64,000 nt of DNA, taken from the NCBI GenBank assembly GCA_964016885.1, contig OZ024742.1:83824001-83888000 (forward strand), written 5' to 3'. A program made the position numbers and the translations under genes. Under the pieces are notes generated by a model. That model saw only the letters and a list, made by a program, of their open reading frames with translations. It did not search any database and was not told where the DNA came from. Numbering within the stretch: position 1 is the first letter of the stretch; each line of letters begins with the position of its first letter. This DNA is from Eledone cirrhosa. Lineage: Eukaryota. Below, piece after piece: positions 35,550-50,896 of this stretch.

Positions 35550-36680
35550 GTGAGGAAATTGAAGAGGCGGCGATTGAGGTGAAGGTTGAATTGGATGAGG
35601 GATTGGGCGAGAAGGGGGTGGCAACTGGGGAGATCTCGTTCGAGAGAACGGATTTGAGAGATAGAGTGGAACGGATAGTCGCTAGCACGAGATGGTGAGA
35701 GGAACACCTCTCCTTTCATTTCCAACCTTATCACTCTTACAGGCACCAACGGTTTATTCCATATCCACCACTCATTCACCTGCACCACCACCCACGTAGT
35801 TTATGTCATCCGGTGTTCCTTTTGCGGGTCCTTGCGGAGAAAAAGGACGCCATTTGGCGGACCGTTTTGCTGAACATTTGAGGGACATACGACTCGGTTT
35901 GGATACTCCTGTTGCTCGTCATTTCCGTTGCCCAGGTCACTCTTCCCTATATGTCGCAGTCCTTGGTGTCCCTTTACATCATGGATCACAGCCTCGCGCA
36001 CCAGCACAGAACAGAGTTTGATTTTCCGCCTTGGGTCCAGTTTCCCCAATGGACTCAACTCCCCTCTCCAATTTCTTTAATATTACAAACATACATTCGT
36101 GCTTACTTCTCTACCCCTTGCCAACAAAATACGCACACACAACTCTACTTTTACCTTCACAGCTCTGTATACACACTCCTTTATATTAAAGGACTTTTGC
36201 TCACAGCTTTTGCTCACAGCTTCGTACTTACAAGCACACACACTCTTACTTAAATATACACACGCATCCTCTTAGCTTCGTACGGACGTATAATAACACA
36301 CACACACACGTGTAAGCACGCATACATGTATAGCTCTATATAGAAAAGTATTTTTCCCTTTCAGATAGACGCGCTCCATTATCCACTTTTCAAAAAAAGT
36401 ATATCATACACAAAATGCCAGCATCAACAGTTTTCCAAGAGATGGCAACATGGAAAGACCTGTTATTTTTCTCTAAAATGTTTTTTCTGATTCCGCCCTG
36501 CCCGTCCCCTCAATCTTTCTAATTTCTCATTCTTTCTTCTGATGAAAGACTAGCATCCGAAACGGAAAGACCCTCTTCCAGTTATTTCAAGCGTTAAACT
36601 AATGTATTCCTTGTTTTGTTATTTCTCTTTACCTTTTACACATACACATGTATATATAATATATATATTTATTTATTCAA
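35550..36680 (+). mobile_element. Penelope-like element 3' part: GIY-YIG endonuclease remnant plus pLTR with broken hammerhead (36534-36570)
   Basis: FTCTTTHVVYVIRCSFC..GEKGRHLADRFAEHLRDIR..PVARHF; downstream tctt-CTGATGA-..-GAAACGGA-aaga, where the cleavage triplet is mutated. Confidence 0.85.
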
Positions 36681-37899
36681 TTTAAACGTCCGTATAGAGC
36701 TAGTAAGCCATGACAGACAAGGGGAAGTATCGGGTACTCTTTACAGTTGGTAATCAAAAAGAGTTTCTGAGACGAGTAATAGAAAAGAAAAGAAAAAATT
36801 AAAAAAATTAAAACTGAACTAAAAATAAATGTATGTATGTATACATAACACAATGCATTGGTATAAACCACTGGATCGGTGCAGATAAACGCATGTGTAA
36901 CTGTAATATGCTCACAAAATAAAAGTACATACACGCACACTCACAACAAACACACACAGAGACACATTTATATATATATTAAAGATGGAATTTGAATAAC
37001 AACCTCCCTTTTCATTTTGTATATATATATATATACATACACAGAGTTTTTCCGTCATTCCCCGCCACCTGTTCCCTTTACAGAAAAGTCAGTTAAACAA
37101 TCGGGTTTATGGTCAGAAATGACAACTTCTCCCCTTAATCACTTCTTTTTTCTCGCATTCTTTCTCCTCATCCCTCTTCATTCTCTCATACACCCAGCAC
37201 CACGAGAATTTATCGTTTTCTCCTTATGTTCTTTTTGTTATTTTTTTTCAAGTGTGTGGGATAGATGGTGGGTTATTTGTTTCTTTCATTAATATTTTGA
37301 ACACGTTTTTAGCTCCTCCCAACTGAAGAGGATATTATTATAAAAACACAAAATCATTGGGATTAAGTGTAAATAATAGATGTTTTCGACTGCCATGCTT
37401 TCTACTAAACAAGGTAAACACTTATTATTTTCTTTAAACTTCATTTAAACTTTTTTCAAACGTAATTCTAACGAACGCAACTAACTTTCCTTGTTGATGT
37501 TCTGCGCTGTTTATAGTATGTAATAGTAGGCCAATTTCGTCATTAATGACTACAAGAGTGTTGAACGTATTTAATAGTTTTGGTGTTCTGGATTGCCATA
37601 CATATATATATATAGCACGATTACCAGATATATGAACAATCATACAAACTAGAAAATTTGCATTTGGTTTATAAAAGATAAACCTTATAGTTTATGTTGA
37701 TTATCGACACGTTGAAGTCTTAACGATATGAATGATACAACCATACACATCGAGAAATTTGCGTTTTGATAATTTTTTTTTTTTTTTTTTTTTTTTTTTA
37801 CATAAGAGAAACCTTATAGTGACCGTTGACTAACGACACATTGAAGTCTTTATTGATATTTCAATAATATATTTCTAGCATATAGTTACTGTTAGTGAC

Positions 37900-38200
37900 T
37901 CTTTTGCTCTTTCCCATATCCTGGATGTTGCGGTTAGGACGAGAGCCACAGCTTCCGCAGCCGAGCGGACTAAGACCCTCAAATACTCTGATCTGTCGGC
38001 CAGTTACATTTTTCAGCCTGTTGCTTTCGAGACGTTTGGAGGAGTCGGGCCGCTGACTGCGAGGTTCCTCTCTTCACTAGCGGCTCGTATAATAGAGGTA
38101 ACTGGCGAATCTCGCGAGGGCGCTTGGCTGTTTCAGCGCATCAGCCTCGCCATCACCCGAACCAACGCTGCGAGTGTGCTGGCTTGCCTCAAAAATCATT
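37900..38200 (+). mobile_element. CRE-clade RLE C-terminal fragment
   Basis: [45 protein letters not shown]. Confidence 0.85.
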
Positions 38201-38619
38201 AGAGAGGTTGCCCAGTACTCCTCGCGACGTTGCTCTTTCTTTGCTCTGGTGTTGGCTCCGTTGTTCACCCTTTCCTTTCCTTTACATTTTCTTTAATATT
38301 GTAACATTAAAAGAATATATCTTTCTGAAAAAAAAAAAAAAAAGTTACATATTCAGCATGTGTGTACAAATGATATACAATATAAGTAACTTTCGAAAAA
38401 TAACTATTTACAGGGACAAACGCAGAGTTAGAACCGAGGACGTTATGACTGGAAAGTTAACTTATTGTAACATCGTAACTGATATAGGAAATGTATCTGC
38501 GTATGTTTGTATAAATTTGAAAGAAGTTAGAGACGGATCTACGCCTAACAAACTCATATACATGTGTGTGTATGTGTGTATAAATAAACATGCAAACGCA
38601 TGTGGCGTATTATTATGGT

Positions 38620-38833
<214 letters not shown>

Positions 38834-39439
38834 TATTCTTTATTATGGTTGTAATGAGTCTTGTTACTTTCGACTTTCACATGTGTACTCACAGCATCAT
38901 CATTATAATACACAGACAGACACACATATATACATTTTGCTAGATGACTGGCTTCTATCGAAACTTCAAACTTACGCCCTACCAAACAATATACAAACTT
39001 TTGTTTACGTGCCTACGAGTATGCCTCTACGTTATCAACTAACGTACTAGAGATAACTAAATTTCCCTCATATATATATACATCCGTATGTGGTTGATGG
39101 CTGAGAGAAAAGAGTACTCAATACCGAAGTATAAAGTAGTAGTAGTAGTTGTTGTTTAGCCCCAAGTAAGCCCAAAATTTGATCATATGTCAATGTGCCC
39201 TTCTTTCCACGGGACATTCAGTAACCAAATCATTATACATCGTATCCAACGTTGGAGCCATAGGTCAACCCTAATATAATCAACGCTATCCCAGCCGTCA
39301 TCAGTCAATGTCATATTATTTATTGAACTTATCCAATATCATTTCGCCTTTTTTAAAAGTAGAGCACGGTAGGGAGGATTTGGCTGTCATTTCTAACAGC
39401 TCAAGCCATTTTTATGGGTTCTTTATTGGCTAGCTGCTT

Positions 39440-39697
39440 AGTAGTAATGGTAGTAGTAGTTGTTATAGTGGTGGTAGCAGTGGTAGTAATAGTAGTAGCC
39501 TCATCATCATCAGTAGTAGTAGTAGTAGTTGAGTAGTAGTACTAGTAGTAGCACCAACAACAGCAGCGGCAGTAGTAGTAGAAGTAGTAGCAGTGGCAGT
39601 AATAATAATATTGGTCGTAGGAGTAGTAGTAGTAGTAATGGTAGTAGTGGTAGTAATAGTGGCAGCAGCAGCAGTGTAGTAATAGTGGTAGTAATTG
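39440..39697. repeat. (AGT)n/(AGC)n microsatellite that resumes at 41135-41270
   Basis: Direct inspection. Confidence 0.9.
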
Positions 39698-40071
39698 TTT
39701 TTTTTATTGGCCACTCAGGGCTAACATTAAGAAAACTGAGTTTTTTGTACAAAATAAAAAAATATATAACAAAGACTAACAAAAATAAACATTAAAAAAA
39801 TCTAAAATAAGAAATTTCTCCAAAGTGGGGATACCTTAGAGGGCCACTCGTGAAGAAAGCCCTCAAAACACCACGGTCACCCTGACCCCTCTCAATCGAC
39901 CTCCTCCAATGTACATGCAAATACAGTTTCATAGAAAAAGAAATAAACATCAAAAAAAGAAAATTTAGATTGAGAAGAAGGGAATATAAAATAGGAAAAT
40001 ATAAAGAAAAGAGAGGAAAAGAAAAAAATACCAAAAAGGGAGGGAATAGCAATGACTCTAGTGTCACAGAA
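39698..40071 (-). mobile_element. Retroelement 3' end with AATAAA/poly(A), sharing ~140 bp with the adjacent CRE 3' flank
   Basis: Minus strand ends agccctgagtggccaataaaaaaaa. 39914-40071 is a diverged inverted copy of 40975-41113. Confidence 0.7.
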
Positions 40072-40169
40072 ACCAAACGGCCGAACCTGACCTGGTCCCA
40101 AAGCTTGAACAGGCTCTAGCCGACTGGACAGGCAAAGGCCTCTCTGCCCCTCAGTATACAACGCTCCAA

Positions 40170-41113
40170 CGTAACTGGGACGACATCAAATGCAAGTCTT
40201 CTGTCAGGTGGATCGAGTCTGGTTTGGACCGCAACGCCTCCGCTCCGCTTTTCAGCCCAACAGCAGCGTGTGGCTCAATTCGGTGTCCTTCTCATCAACC
40301 GGTATCTTGATGACGAGTGCACTCGCATCGGAGTAGCTCAACGCCTCGGCCTCCGCTTGTGTGAACCACATAAATGCCGTTGCGGGGCGGTTGTTGACCA
40401 GTTCGGTCAGTACCCATTGTCTTGCCGCTACAGCGCAGGCCGGTTTCCGTCCGACACGCCGCTCTCAACGACATACTGAAAAGGAGCCTGTACGCAGCTG
40501 GTTTTCCATCACAACTGGAGCCAACATGCCTTGACCGCTGAGATGGCAAGCGTCCCGATGGAACCACCCTCTTCTCAGTCGAAGGAACTAGATCCATCAT
40601 TTTGTATGCCACCTGTTGTGACACGTTCTCCGCCTCCAACTTGGTTGCTTCGGCCACAAACTCCGGTAACACGGTCCGCCTTGCAGAGTAAAGGAAAATA
40701 TACAAATACCGGAGATTGTCCGGCCGTTTCCTCTTCGCACCAGTCTCCGTTGAGACCTCGGGCTTACTTGGACCCCGTACAGTCGAGTTCCTCCGCAAGA
40801 TCGGAACGTCGGTGGCTCGTCTGAGGATGGAGCCCTACGAGGTGGTGTGGCTGTTGCAGCAGGTGTCGCTGGCCATTGTCCGCAGGAATGTTTTTGCGGT
40901 CTTGTCCGCGGGACGCAGCCCCTTTACTGCTGCGCCATAGACCCAAAACCCAAAATTCCTCCCCCTCCTCATTCTTCTGTGACACTAAAGTCCTTGACAT
41001 TACCTCCCTTTTCCGTTTTCTTTTTTCTTTTTTTGTTTATATTTTCCTATTTTACATTCCATTCTTCTCAATCTAAATTTTTTTTCTTCTTTCTCTATGA
41101 AACTATTTACATG
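40170..41113 (+). mobile_element. CRE-clade non-LTR retrotransposon 3' fragment (zinc knuckle plus restriction-like endonuclease)
   Basis: RIGVAQRLG..CRCGAVVDQFG..LSC..RHAALND..EP..DGKRPDG..FAPVSVETSG..WLLQQVSLAIVRRN, with stops and frameshifts. Confidence 0.9.
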
Positions 41114-41789
41114 ATATATTCCATCTCAAGGCCAGCAGCAGAGTAGTAGTAGTAGTGGTAGTAGTAATAGTAGTAGTAGTAGTAGGTATTGTAGCAACAA
41201 TAGTAGTAGTAAGTGTTGTAGCAACAATTGTAGTAGTAATAGTAGCAGCAGCAGGAGCAGTTGTTGATGTAAATAGTTTCATGAAATGTTGCGCAGAAGA
41301 GTTGTTGATGTTTAGCTTTCAAGTCGTCGCTGAGAAAACCTATAACCTGAAGTTTTCCATATGGCATTTTCCTTTTTTTTACATATTTATTCAGGAATAG
41401 TGTGGTACCCTTGTCTACCGCGCAGCTTTGCAGTTAGGATGTTCATCTCTCAATCATATGGTACTGAGTTTGATTCTCGGATCTGGCAGTGCTTTGTATT
41501 CATGAGTAAGACACCTTTTACGTTCCTCCAGACAATTCAGTTGGTAAAAATGGGTTGTACCTGAATGGTCGGAGCGTTTGACACTTTGTTCTTTATATTC
41601 CTGTGTTTCAATTTTACCGAGATCAACTATGTCTTCAGAGATCAATAATGGGAAGTGCCAATAAAGTAATCCGTCGATATAATTGAACCCTCACCCATTT
41701 TCATAGCCTTGTGCCTAACAAAATTATTTTAAAAAGAATGAATATACAAATGAAGGACACAGAACTCCATGGTTATCGACTGTTGAGAT

Positions 41790-42040
41790 GGACTTGGGCA
41801 GTTTCAACCCCTACCAACGGCAAGGGGGATAACATTCCCGAGATCAATGGGCAAGTTCTCTCCAGCGGTCTCGGTCCTTCATCTTCGTCGGTAAGTCTCG
41901 CGTCTCGGAGAGACAGTGTCTCTCTTTAGGGCATCAACATGTCATCTTTGGCCTCCCTCTTCCAATGTGTCAGTGTAGCGGCTCCTACAGGACCACTGAG
42001 TGCAGTGCCAACTCTGAATGTCGGTAATGTTGACCGCTAA
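41790..42040 (-). mobile_element. RTE/RTEX-like 3' remnant
   Basis: RGRPKMT..DALKRDT..MKDRDRWRE. Confidence 0.55.
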
Positions 42041-42239
42041 TAACACTGAATAAAATTGGTAATAATTAAGGTTTATCAAGTGTTTTCAGCTAGTATAACA
42101 TCCGAAATGTTAACAATCGACTTTTTCTCCGAAAACGGAATGAAGGGGGGGGGGGGATGGCCCTCTGATTTTACCATCATCGGAGATTTCTTCAGTGCAA
42201 ATAACAGAGGCCGGAAGGGAGGGGTACCCTCGGAGTTAC

Positions 42240-42889
42240 AGATAAGCATTTCTCAGCTGTTTAAATTTATAGAAAAGCAACCCCAGGATACTGAAGAATG
42301 TTTTGATCCTTTATCACTTTGTACTGTTGTGGAAATCATTGTAAGCTTATTCAACTAAGAGTTCCCCAATTTCCAAATCTACCATTCCAATGAGGAGTGG
42401 CTGTGTGAAAGAGCAATCCTTGCCCCTAACAATATCAGTGAATGCCAGCAACAAAATCTATCACAAATAATTCCTGTAGGTAGCCAGACCTATAAATCTA
42501 TTGACAAAGTTGTCGACGACGACAAAGCTGTTTATTATCCCGTTTAATTAATCAACAGTCTGGAACTGTGGGCGCTATCATCATGCTTCTCAGAAACCTG
42601 GCTCAACCAAGATTGTGAAACGGGACGCTTATGGTTATGACTGAGCTATAGCCTCACATCATCGAAGCTAAAATTCTCACTGGATGCGATAAGGGAGACA
42701 TCCCATTTATATCTAGAATGCCGCTAACACCAACATATGTCCCTTTTCGTTTCAAACAATTGCAATTCCGACTGATAGTCAGTTACGCAATGACTATCAA
42801 CAAGTCCCAAGGTCGAATACTGCAGGTTGTCGGTCATCATCTAGAAGAGAGCTGTTTCTCACATGGCCAATTGTATGTAGATTCTAGAC
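42240..42889 (+). pseudogene. Helitron PIF1-like helicase fragment, interrupted by the hAT element and continuing at 51454
   Basis: WLCERAILAPNN..YKSIDKV..MLLRNL..IEAKILTG..RMPL..FKQLQF..YAMTINKSQG..CFSHGQLYV. Confidence 0.92.
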
Positions 42890-43470
42890 CAAAGGTTCTC
42901 AACCCATTTCGGCCCCTTTTGCCCCTCAAAATCACGAAACGCCCCTACCCTATTTTTCCATTTTTCAATATACTACTGATTTTGATATCAGTAGATTACT
43001 AAAAAATTGATTAACGATATTCCAAAGATACCATTGCAGGCAGCTGAGAGTATAAATACATTCCTTGAAAGGAAGTATATAAATTTCAAAAATAGGAACA
43101 TAAATGTTCTTTTTTATGAATAAGGACCAGTTGAATTTTTTATATTCCCACCAGACGATACCAGCTATTTTGAACATTTATACAAGAGCAACTCTGTCTA
43201 TCCAAAGAGTGCTCTGACCTGGAAGAAAGTGGCAATTGTATTATATCAAAGCTTTCCAATTTTCCCTTTAATGAAACGGACAGAATATATGTTGATATCT
43301 AACTTGATGTCCCCTCCGCTTTGTGAGCTTAGAGACCACGGAAGAGAGTTTTCATGACCACGTAAATGGTAAAATATATACAACAAATGAGTAAGTGAAT
43401 TGTGGTAGATGGTTTCCAGTCCAGTCACACTGCAACTACAAATAAAAAATCGACTTACTTTGACCTCGTA

Positions 43471-45251
43471 TCAATGGGACCCTTGAGCTCGATGGAGTTT
43501 AGCTAACTCTTTGACGTCAGGCTGGATTTTCGTGAGCTGTAGCCGGAGATCTCCACGTGCAATCAGATTGTAGCGGTTGCGAGCCTTACTATGCAGTCTG
43601 GAAACAACGCCAAACCCCCTCTCGACTAAGTATGAGCAAGGAAAAGGCAAAGCAAATCTCTTAGCCTCTGCATGTAGGAGTGGAAATCGACGCTGAATTT
43701 CCTCTTGCATCCAAAAAAGGGGTTCACCTATTTTGGAAAATTTAATTTTGATAATGTCATCTGTCTGAAGTTCAATTAATTCTTCCTGAAATTTAACGTC
43801 GAAATCGTCGACGTTAGCTATGAAGGGATCTGCTATCCACATTGGGATGTCCATCTGCAAAAGGTCGACAAACCGTTCTCTCATGTTGTCTTGTAGACGG
43901 AGGTGCGCGGTATAAATTTGGAGTTGGTCATCGCTCACAATGTTTTGAACATTGGCGACACTAGGAAAATTATAGAATTTCCGTCGACAAAGATTCCTTT
44001 CGATGACTTTCAATTTGGCCAGGAATATTTTCACAGCATTCCTTGCTTTAAACAAGGTGATCTCCTCCTCCTGCAAAGCTATAATGAGGCTATTGCATTT
44101 GTCGAAGATGTCGGCGAGGTAGGCACAGTCTTGCCTCACATCGATGTTTTTTTTCTATACAGTTCTGTGTTGCGTCCTCGAAGAAACTCAATGATAGAGT
44201 CGAACAGTTCAAAGAAGCGAGTAAGGCACTTGCCCTTTGAAAGCCACCTCACTTCAGTATGAAGGAGCAACTCGACGAATTCTTCGTCATTATCTTCGCA
44301 CAGTTACCGGAAAATTCGTTCATTGTTGGCATGGCGTTTGATATAATTGATGACATCAATGGCTACCTGCAAAGACTTGCTCAGCGGCTCGCTGAGTTTC
44401 TTCGTAGCCAAGTGTTGTCGATGAATGACACAATGAACAGCAAATACAGATGGATTTTCCCTCTTCAGAAGAGAGACGAAACCCTTATGTTGGCCGACCA
44501 TTGCTCTTGCGCCGTCCGTAGCACATGATACAATATTGTTAAGAGATATCTCTTTTTCTTCGAGGTATCCCTTGACAGATTCAAAGATGGCGGCACCTTT
44601 AGTATCTGTGGCTAGATTCAGAGTGAAGAGAAGCTCCTCGTGCATTTCGTTTTGGTGGAAAAATCGCACGTATACCAGTAGTAAGGACTGATTCCCGGAA
44701 AGTGTGCTTTCATCAAGTTGCAAAGCAAATTGTGTCGATTTCAAGATGTTGCATAATTTTTGTTCAACATTTTCCGCCATTTCGTCGATGCGTCTCCTTA
44801 TTGAGTCGTTACTCAACGGAATACATTTCAAGGTCTTTAACGGGTTCTGACGTAGTACTGTTGAAAGAACTTCTGAGATGACAGGGACTACCAATGTTTC
44901 ACCCAAGGAATAGGGCTTGCCACACTTTGCGATTATGTTGGCAATATTGTAAGATGCGACAAGTCCATCAACATTTGAAGCTTCAACTTTTGAAAAGGCA
45001 GAAGAAATTAGTGTTGTTTTCTGGAATTGGTCCCTAAGAGACTGAAAGTATGCTAAATCTTTATATCTCTTATCGGAGTGCCTCACCTCCAGGTGTCTAC
45101 TCAAACGCGATGGCTTCATCGCCTCATTCGAAAATTACTCCTTGCAAATTAAACACATGGGTGACAGGTGGTTCGACGGCAATGGGATGAATCCGAACCG
45201 TAAGTAATCAACGCTGTACTGCCTGCCTTTTTTCTTCATTGCTGAGGCCAT
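43471..45251 (-). pseudogene. Nearly full-length Buster-type hAT transposase (two nonsense codons, one frameshift)
   Basis: RQYSVDYLRFGF..PMCLIC..MKPSRLSRHL (BED finger)..FALQLDEST..TDGARAM..HCVIHRQHL..HTEVRWLSKG..FPCSYLVERGF..RGDLRL..QGSH*. Stops near 45136 and 44305; frameshift near 44150. Confidence 0.95.
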
Positions 45252-46225
45252 TTTCTGTTTAGCGAATGTGTTTGGTAAAGTTACGCAAAGATTTGCCTAT
45301 ATAAACCTATAAAATTATGTATAAGGAACTTACTATAATGAGTCCTGTTCCAGTATGATAAAGTTTCAAGTAATGTTCTGGAATAACACTTTGTAATAAA
45401 CAAAACTGCAATGAAAAACACAAATACTGTCATTAATTAACCAATTCGAGACAAGTTATATATGAAGATTAACCAGTCTTTCATGTAGGAATAGTAATAA
45501 CTTAGCTTGAGGGAATTAAGGTGGCATACTCAATAAAGGATCAACGAGGCAACGAGTTCAATAGAACTTAAGAATGACTAGTAATATGCTATTTTGAAAT
45601 GGAATTCATCAATTAAGCACGTAGTGATAAGACATTACTTAGTAGTCAGAGTTACTCAAATTATCGCCCTTAATGCACCACTGTGATATTCTTGTAATGG
45701 TGCTGCAATTATAATGGATGACTGTTGAAGACTACAAAAGCATTTCCTTAAGCCCAAGGCTATAACAAGACTTGATCGTAGTATAAACAGTCAGTTTATA
45801 TAGGAATAGCAACAACCTAGTTATAGAATAAATGATGTGGAAATGCAATGAAGAGAAGATGGGGTCAAGCAAACCGAATGTTAGTAAGAATGAGCTGAAA
45901 TATCGAGGTCAAGCCGATCACGATGATGAACGGGTCAGTGAATTCAATTAATGAATAATGTTGCTCTTTTCCAGGGGTCTCGTTTGCCTTAAAAATGTGA
46001 GGGGGACAAACCAACATTTGTTGGAGTATTTTAGTATTACTTATGGTGTCTTTCCTGAACCCTATCACATAAGTAAAAATTTCTTTACGCTAATTAAATT
46101 TTATATATTCAAATGAAGTTCAGATATAAAAAAAAATAAGCTTAAAAAGTATTTATTATATCAAATAAACAAAAAATAAAACAGATGTTTGAATAAAAAT
46201 CATATAAAGTAAATTTATTGTCTTT

Positions 46226-47380
46226 TAGAACTTTCCAAATGTATCATATCTCGCATCATTGCTGTCAATAAATAATTTAGCAACTTCTTCACAACTAATC
46301 TTTTTCAAAACATCTCTATGAACGCCTCATATTAGAATATGATTCAACCTTTGCTGAGTCACGGTCGATCGCAACCAAGTTTTGAGTCTCTGCAGAGCGC
46401 TAAAAGATCTTTCAGCTTCACAAGAACTGGTTGGAAACATTAAAAGTAGCCTGAGCAATCGCTCAACATTTAGAAACATGCGACAGACTGGTTGCATTTC
46501 ACCGAATATTTTACGATGATCCTTGAGAGATAATCCACTATGATGATTTCTATAAAAAAGTATTTCGTTCCTTAAAGAAAATTCATCAAGCTCTGGATAC
46601 TGCATGATCACTTCAGCACAAACATTTCCATTGAGTAAAATATTGCTCAGTTTTTCATAATCTGCTAAATCCTGTGAAAAAAAAAAAATCTTTCAAATTT
46701 GATATTGCAGTATCCGCTACCTGCAAATACTGCACTCTGTAATGACCCAAAGCAGTGCAGTGTTGATATTTCAACGCATTTCCTTCTTGGTATCTTTTAG
46801 GAACTTTTCGTTGCTTGGGTAGCTCCAAAGGAGAAATATCGAGTTGATAAATCATTTTTTCTGCTGTATTGAACAGCTGCGTAGATTTTTTTAACTCCTC
46901 CTGCACCAGTTTGACACCATGCAACATTCTACCTAGATTGAAGGTGGCACTTTGAAAAGATTTCTTCAATCCTTCAAGGAATTGAAGTAATGGAACTACA
47001 ACGTGCAATCCAAGAACACATTGGCCCGGAGAATGACACGTAAGAATAATATTAGCTCTGGATGCAATGTTGGTGCTAAACTCATTTGTTGCCTCTTGTA
47101 AAGAAATAGGGACATCTGAATAATTGTCAAGAAGGGCTTTGATTGCAGAAAGTCGTGTTAGCCATCGAGTAGGGCACACAGGTGTTAAGGAGCGTGGGGA
47201 CGATACTTCATTTTCTTCATCATGTTGTGATAAATGCGCTTGCTTAAATTTCCCTGATGTACTATATAGTTTCCGCAATTCATTCACGTAATCTAGAACA
47301 GTTTGATAAGTGAAGCTTGTTGTACGGACTTAGTTATAATAAGTTGAGAAATATGAATGCCGCAGTGCACGTAATGGGCC
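46226..47380 (-). pseudogene. Second hAT transposase (Tip100/ZMYM1-like), C-terminal half
   Basis: VHC..H..CPTRWL..LPKQRKVPKRY..PTSSCEAERSFSALQRLKTWLRSTVTQQRLNH..TFGKF*. Confidence 0.9.
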
Positions 47381-48015
47381 AAATCAAGTTATGTTAGAAT
47401 CTTTAAAAAGATCTTTAAAAAATACCCGTACGAATTAAATACAAAAAAAGTTTCAGTCCAAAACAAAAGCAAACTATTTCAAATTAAATATTTTTGAAAA
47501 ATAGACGTGAATGTTCTCAAAGACTTGATTTCAGTCGAAAAAGCTTTTTTTTTAATTCTACATTTTACTGTTAGCTGTTGTAATATTTTGATTGGATAAA
47601 CAATTCTACAATCCAAACTGTAAAGTCAAAATACAAAAAATGTAAAATATGAAAAATTCTTACCTTACTCTGAAATCACAAACTCAGATGAAAAATAGTA
47701 CCGTGCAAAATAAAATACCTCGTAGCAAAATAAAATACTTAGCAACGAATAAATTGAGAACCTTGGAGACAGTGAGAAAGTAGTATTTGTATCCCTTATA
47801 TATATATACATAGATAGATACACAGATAAACACACACAGACGCGCGCACACACACACACACATATACATACACACACACAAACTTGTGTGTGTGTGTGCC
47901 TTGGTTTGGGTACAGAAAGAATTTTGTCTACAGTTTTTTATTGTCAGGTCAAAGGCCACTGCTCTTTTCAACAACGCCAAATAACAACGCTCCACACACA
48001 CACACACACACACAC

Positions 48016-48068
<53 letters not shown>

Positions 48069-48148
48069 GAAGAGAGAAAGAGGGAGGGACAGAGAGAGTA
48101 AGAAATGTGTGTGTGTTTGGTACACGTCTATCTATCTATTTATCTCCA

Positions 48149-48555
48149 ACAGGGGGCTCATACATGCGGCCCGCGAACTACTTATCTGTGGCCCGTGGTA
48201 GAACCAATATTTCATATCGCATTATAACTGGTGAAAATAAGGCGGCGAGCTGGTGGAATCGTTAGCACATCTGGCGAAATGCTTAACGGTACTTCTTCCG
48301 TTTTTACGTTCTGAGTTCAAATTCCGCCGATCTCAACTTTGCCTTACATCCTTTTTGGGTCGATGAATTAAGTACCAGTTGTGTACTAGGATCGATGCAA
48401 TCGACTGAACCCTAAAGCCCAAATTTCATGCCTTGTTCCTATAGTAGAAATGATTATAACTGGTGAAAATTTTCATCCACCACCACGTTTGGCCCACTGT
48501 GCCTCTCCTCCAGGACGTAATAGCCCTTTTGTGTACTTGAGTTTGAGACCCCTCT
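48149..48555. mobile_element. hAT MITE split by a SINE
   Basis: cagggggctcatacatgcggcccgc ... gagtttgagacccct; no clear TSD. Confidence 0.65.
48239..48452 (+). mobile_element. Full-length tRNA-derived Nin-type SINE with 18-bp TSD
   Basis: attataactggtgaaaat at 48221-48238 and 48453-48470; B-box gagttcaaattcc. Confidence 0.92.
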
Positions 48556-48870
48556 TCTACACACACATATATTTTACTTTTTTTCTGTCTCTGGACTACG
48601 CCCATGCTGGAGCATCACCTTGGTAAGTTATGGAGACGTCAACAAACCAACAAGCATTGGTGGGAGGGCAAACACAAACGCAAAGACACATACAGACATA
48701 TATACATATATACGATGGGCTTCTTTTAGTTTCGATCTATCAAATCCACTCACAGGGCTTTGGTCTGCTCCAGCAGTGGGACTGAACCCGGAAATATGTG
48801 GTTGGGAAACAAGCTTCTTGTCACACTGCATATATATATAATCCACTGCCAATAAAGACACCAGGATCTT

Positions 48871-48928
48871 TTCATTCTGATGAATGAAAGCAATTTTGGT
48901 TGCTTTCTAGAAACCACTGGTAAATGAA
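48871..48928 (+). ncRNA. Second copy of the minimal type-I hammerhead ribozyme
   Basis: UUCAUU-CUGAUGA-au[GAAAGCAA/UUGCUUUC]ua-GAAA-CCACUGG-UA-AAUGAA with a GUA triplet. 48842-48960 is homologous to 26682-26801. Confidence 0.68.
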
Positions 48929-48954
48929 ATAATTATCTTATGTTGTTTATTACA

Positions 48955-49016
<62 letters not shown>

Positions 49017-49064
49017 CATAATATATATATTATACACACACACATATATATATATATATGTAAG

Positions 49065-49119
<55 letters not shown>

Positions 49120-49135
49120 ATAATATATATATTAT

Positions 49136-49166
<31 letters not shown>

Positions 49167-49168
49167 AT

Positions 49169-50896
<1,728 letters not shown>

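Noticed and set aside
43471-45251. Domesticated ZBED/SCAND3-like host gene
   Set aside because: It has two stops and a frameshift and lies between TIRs with a TSD, so it is a dead transposase.
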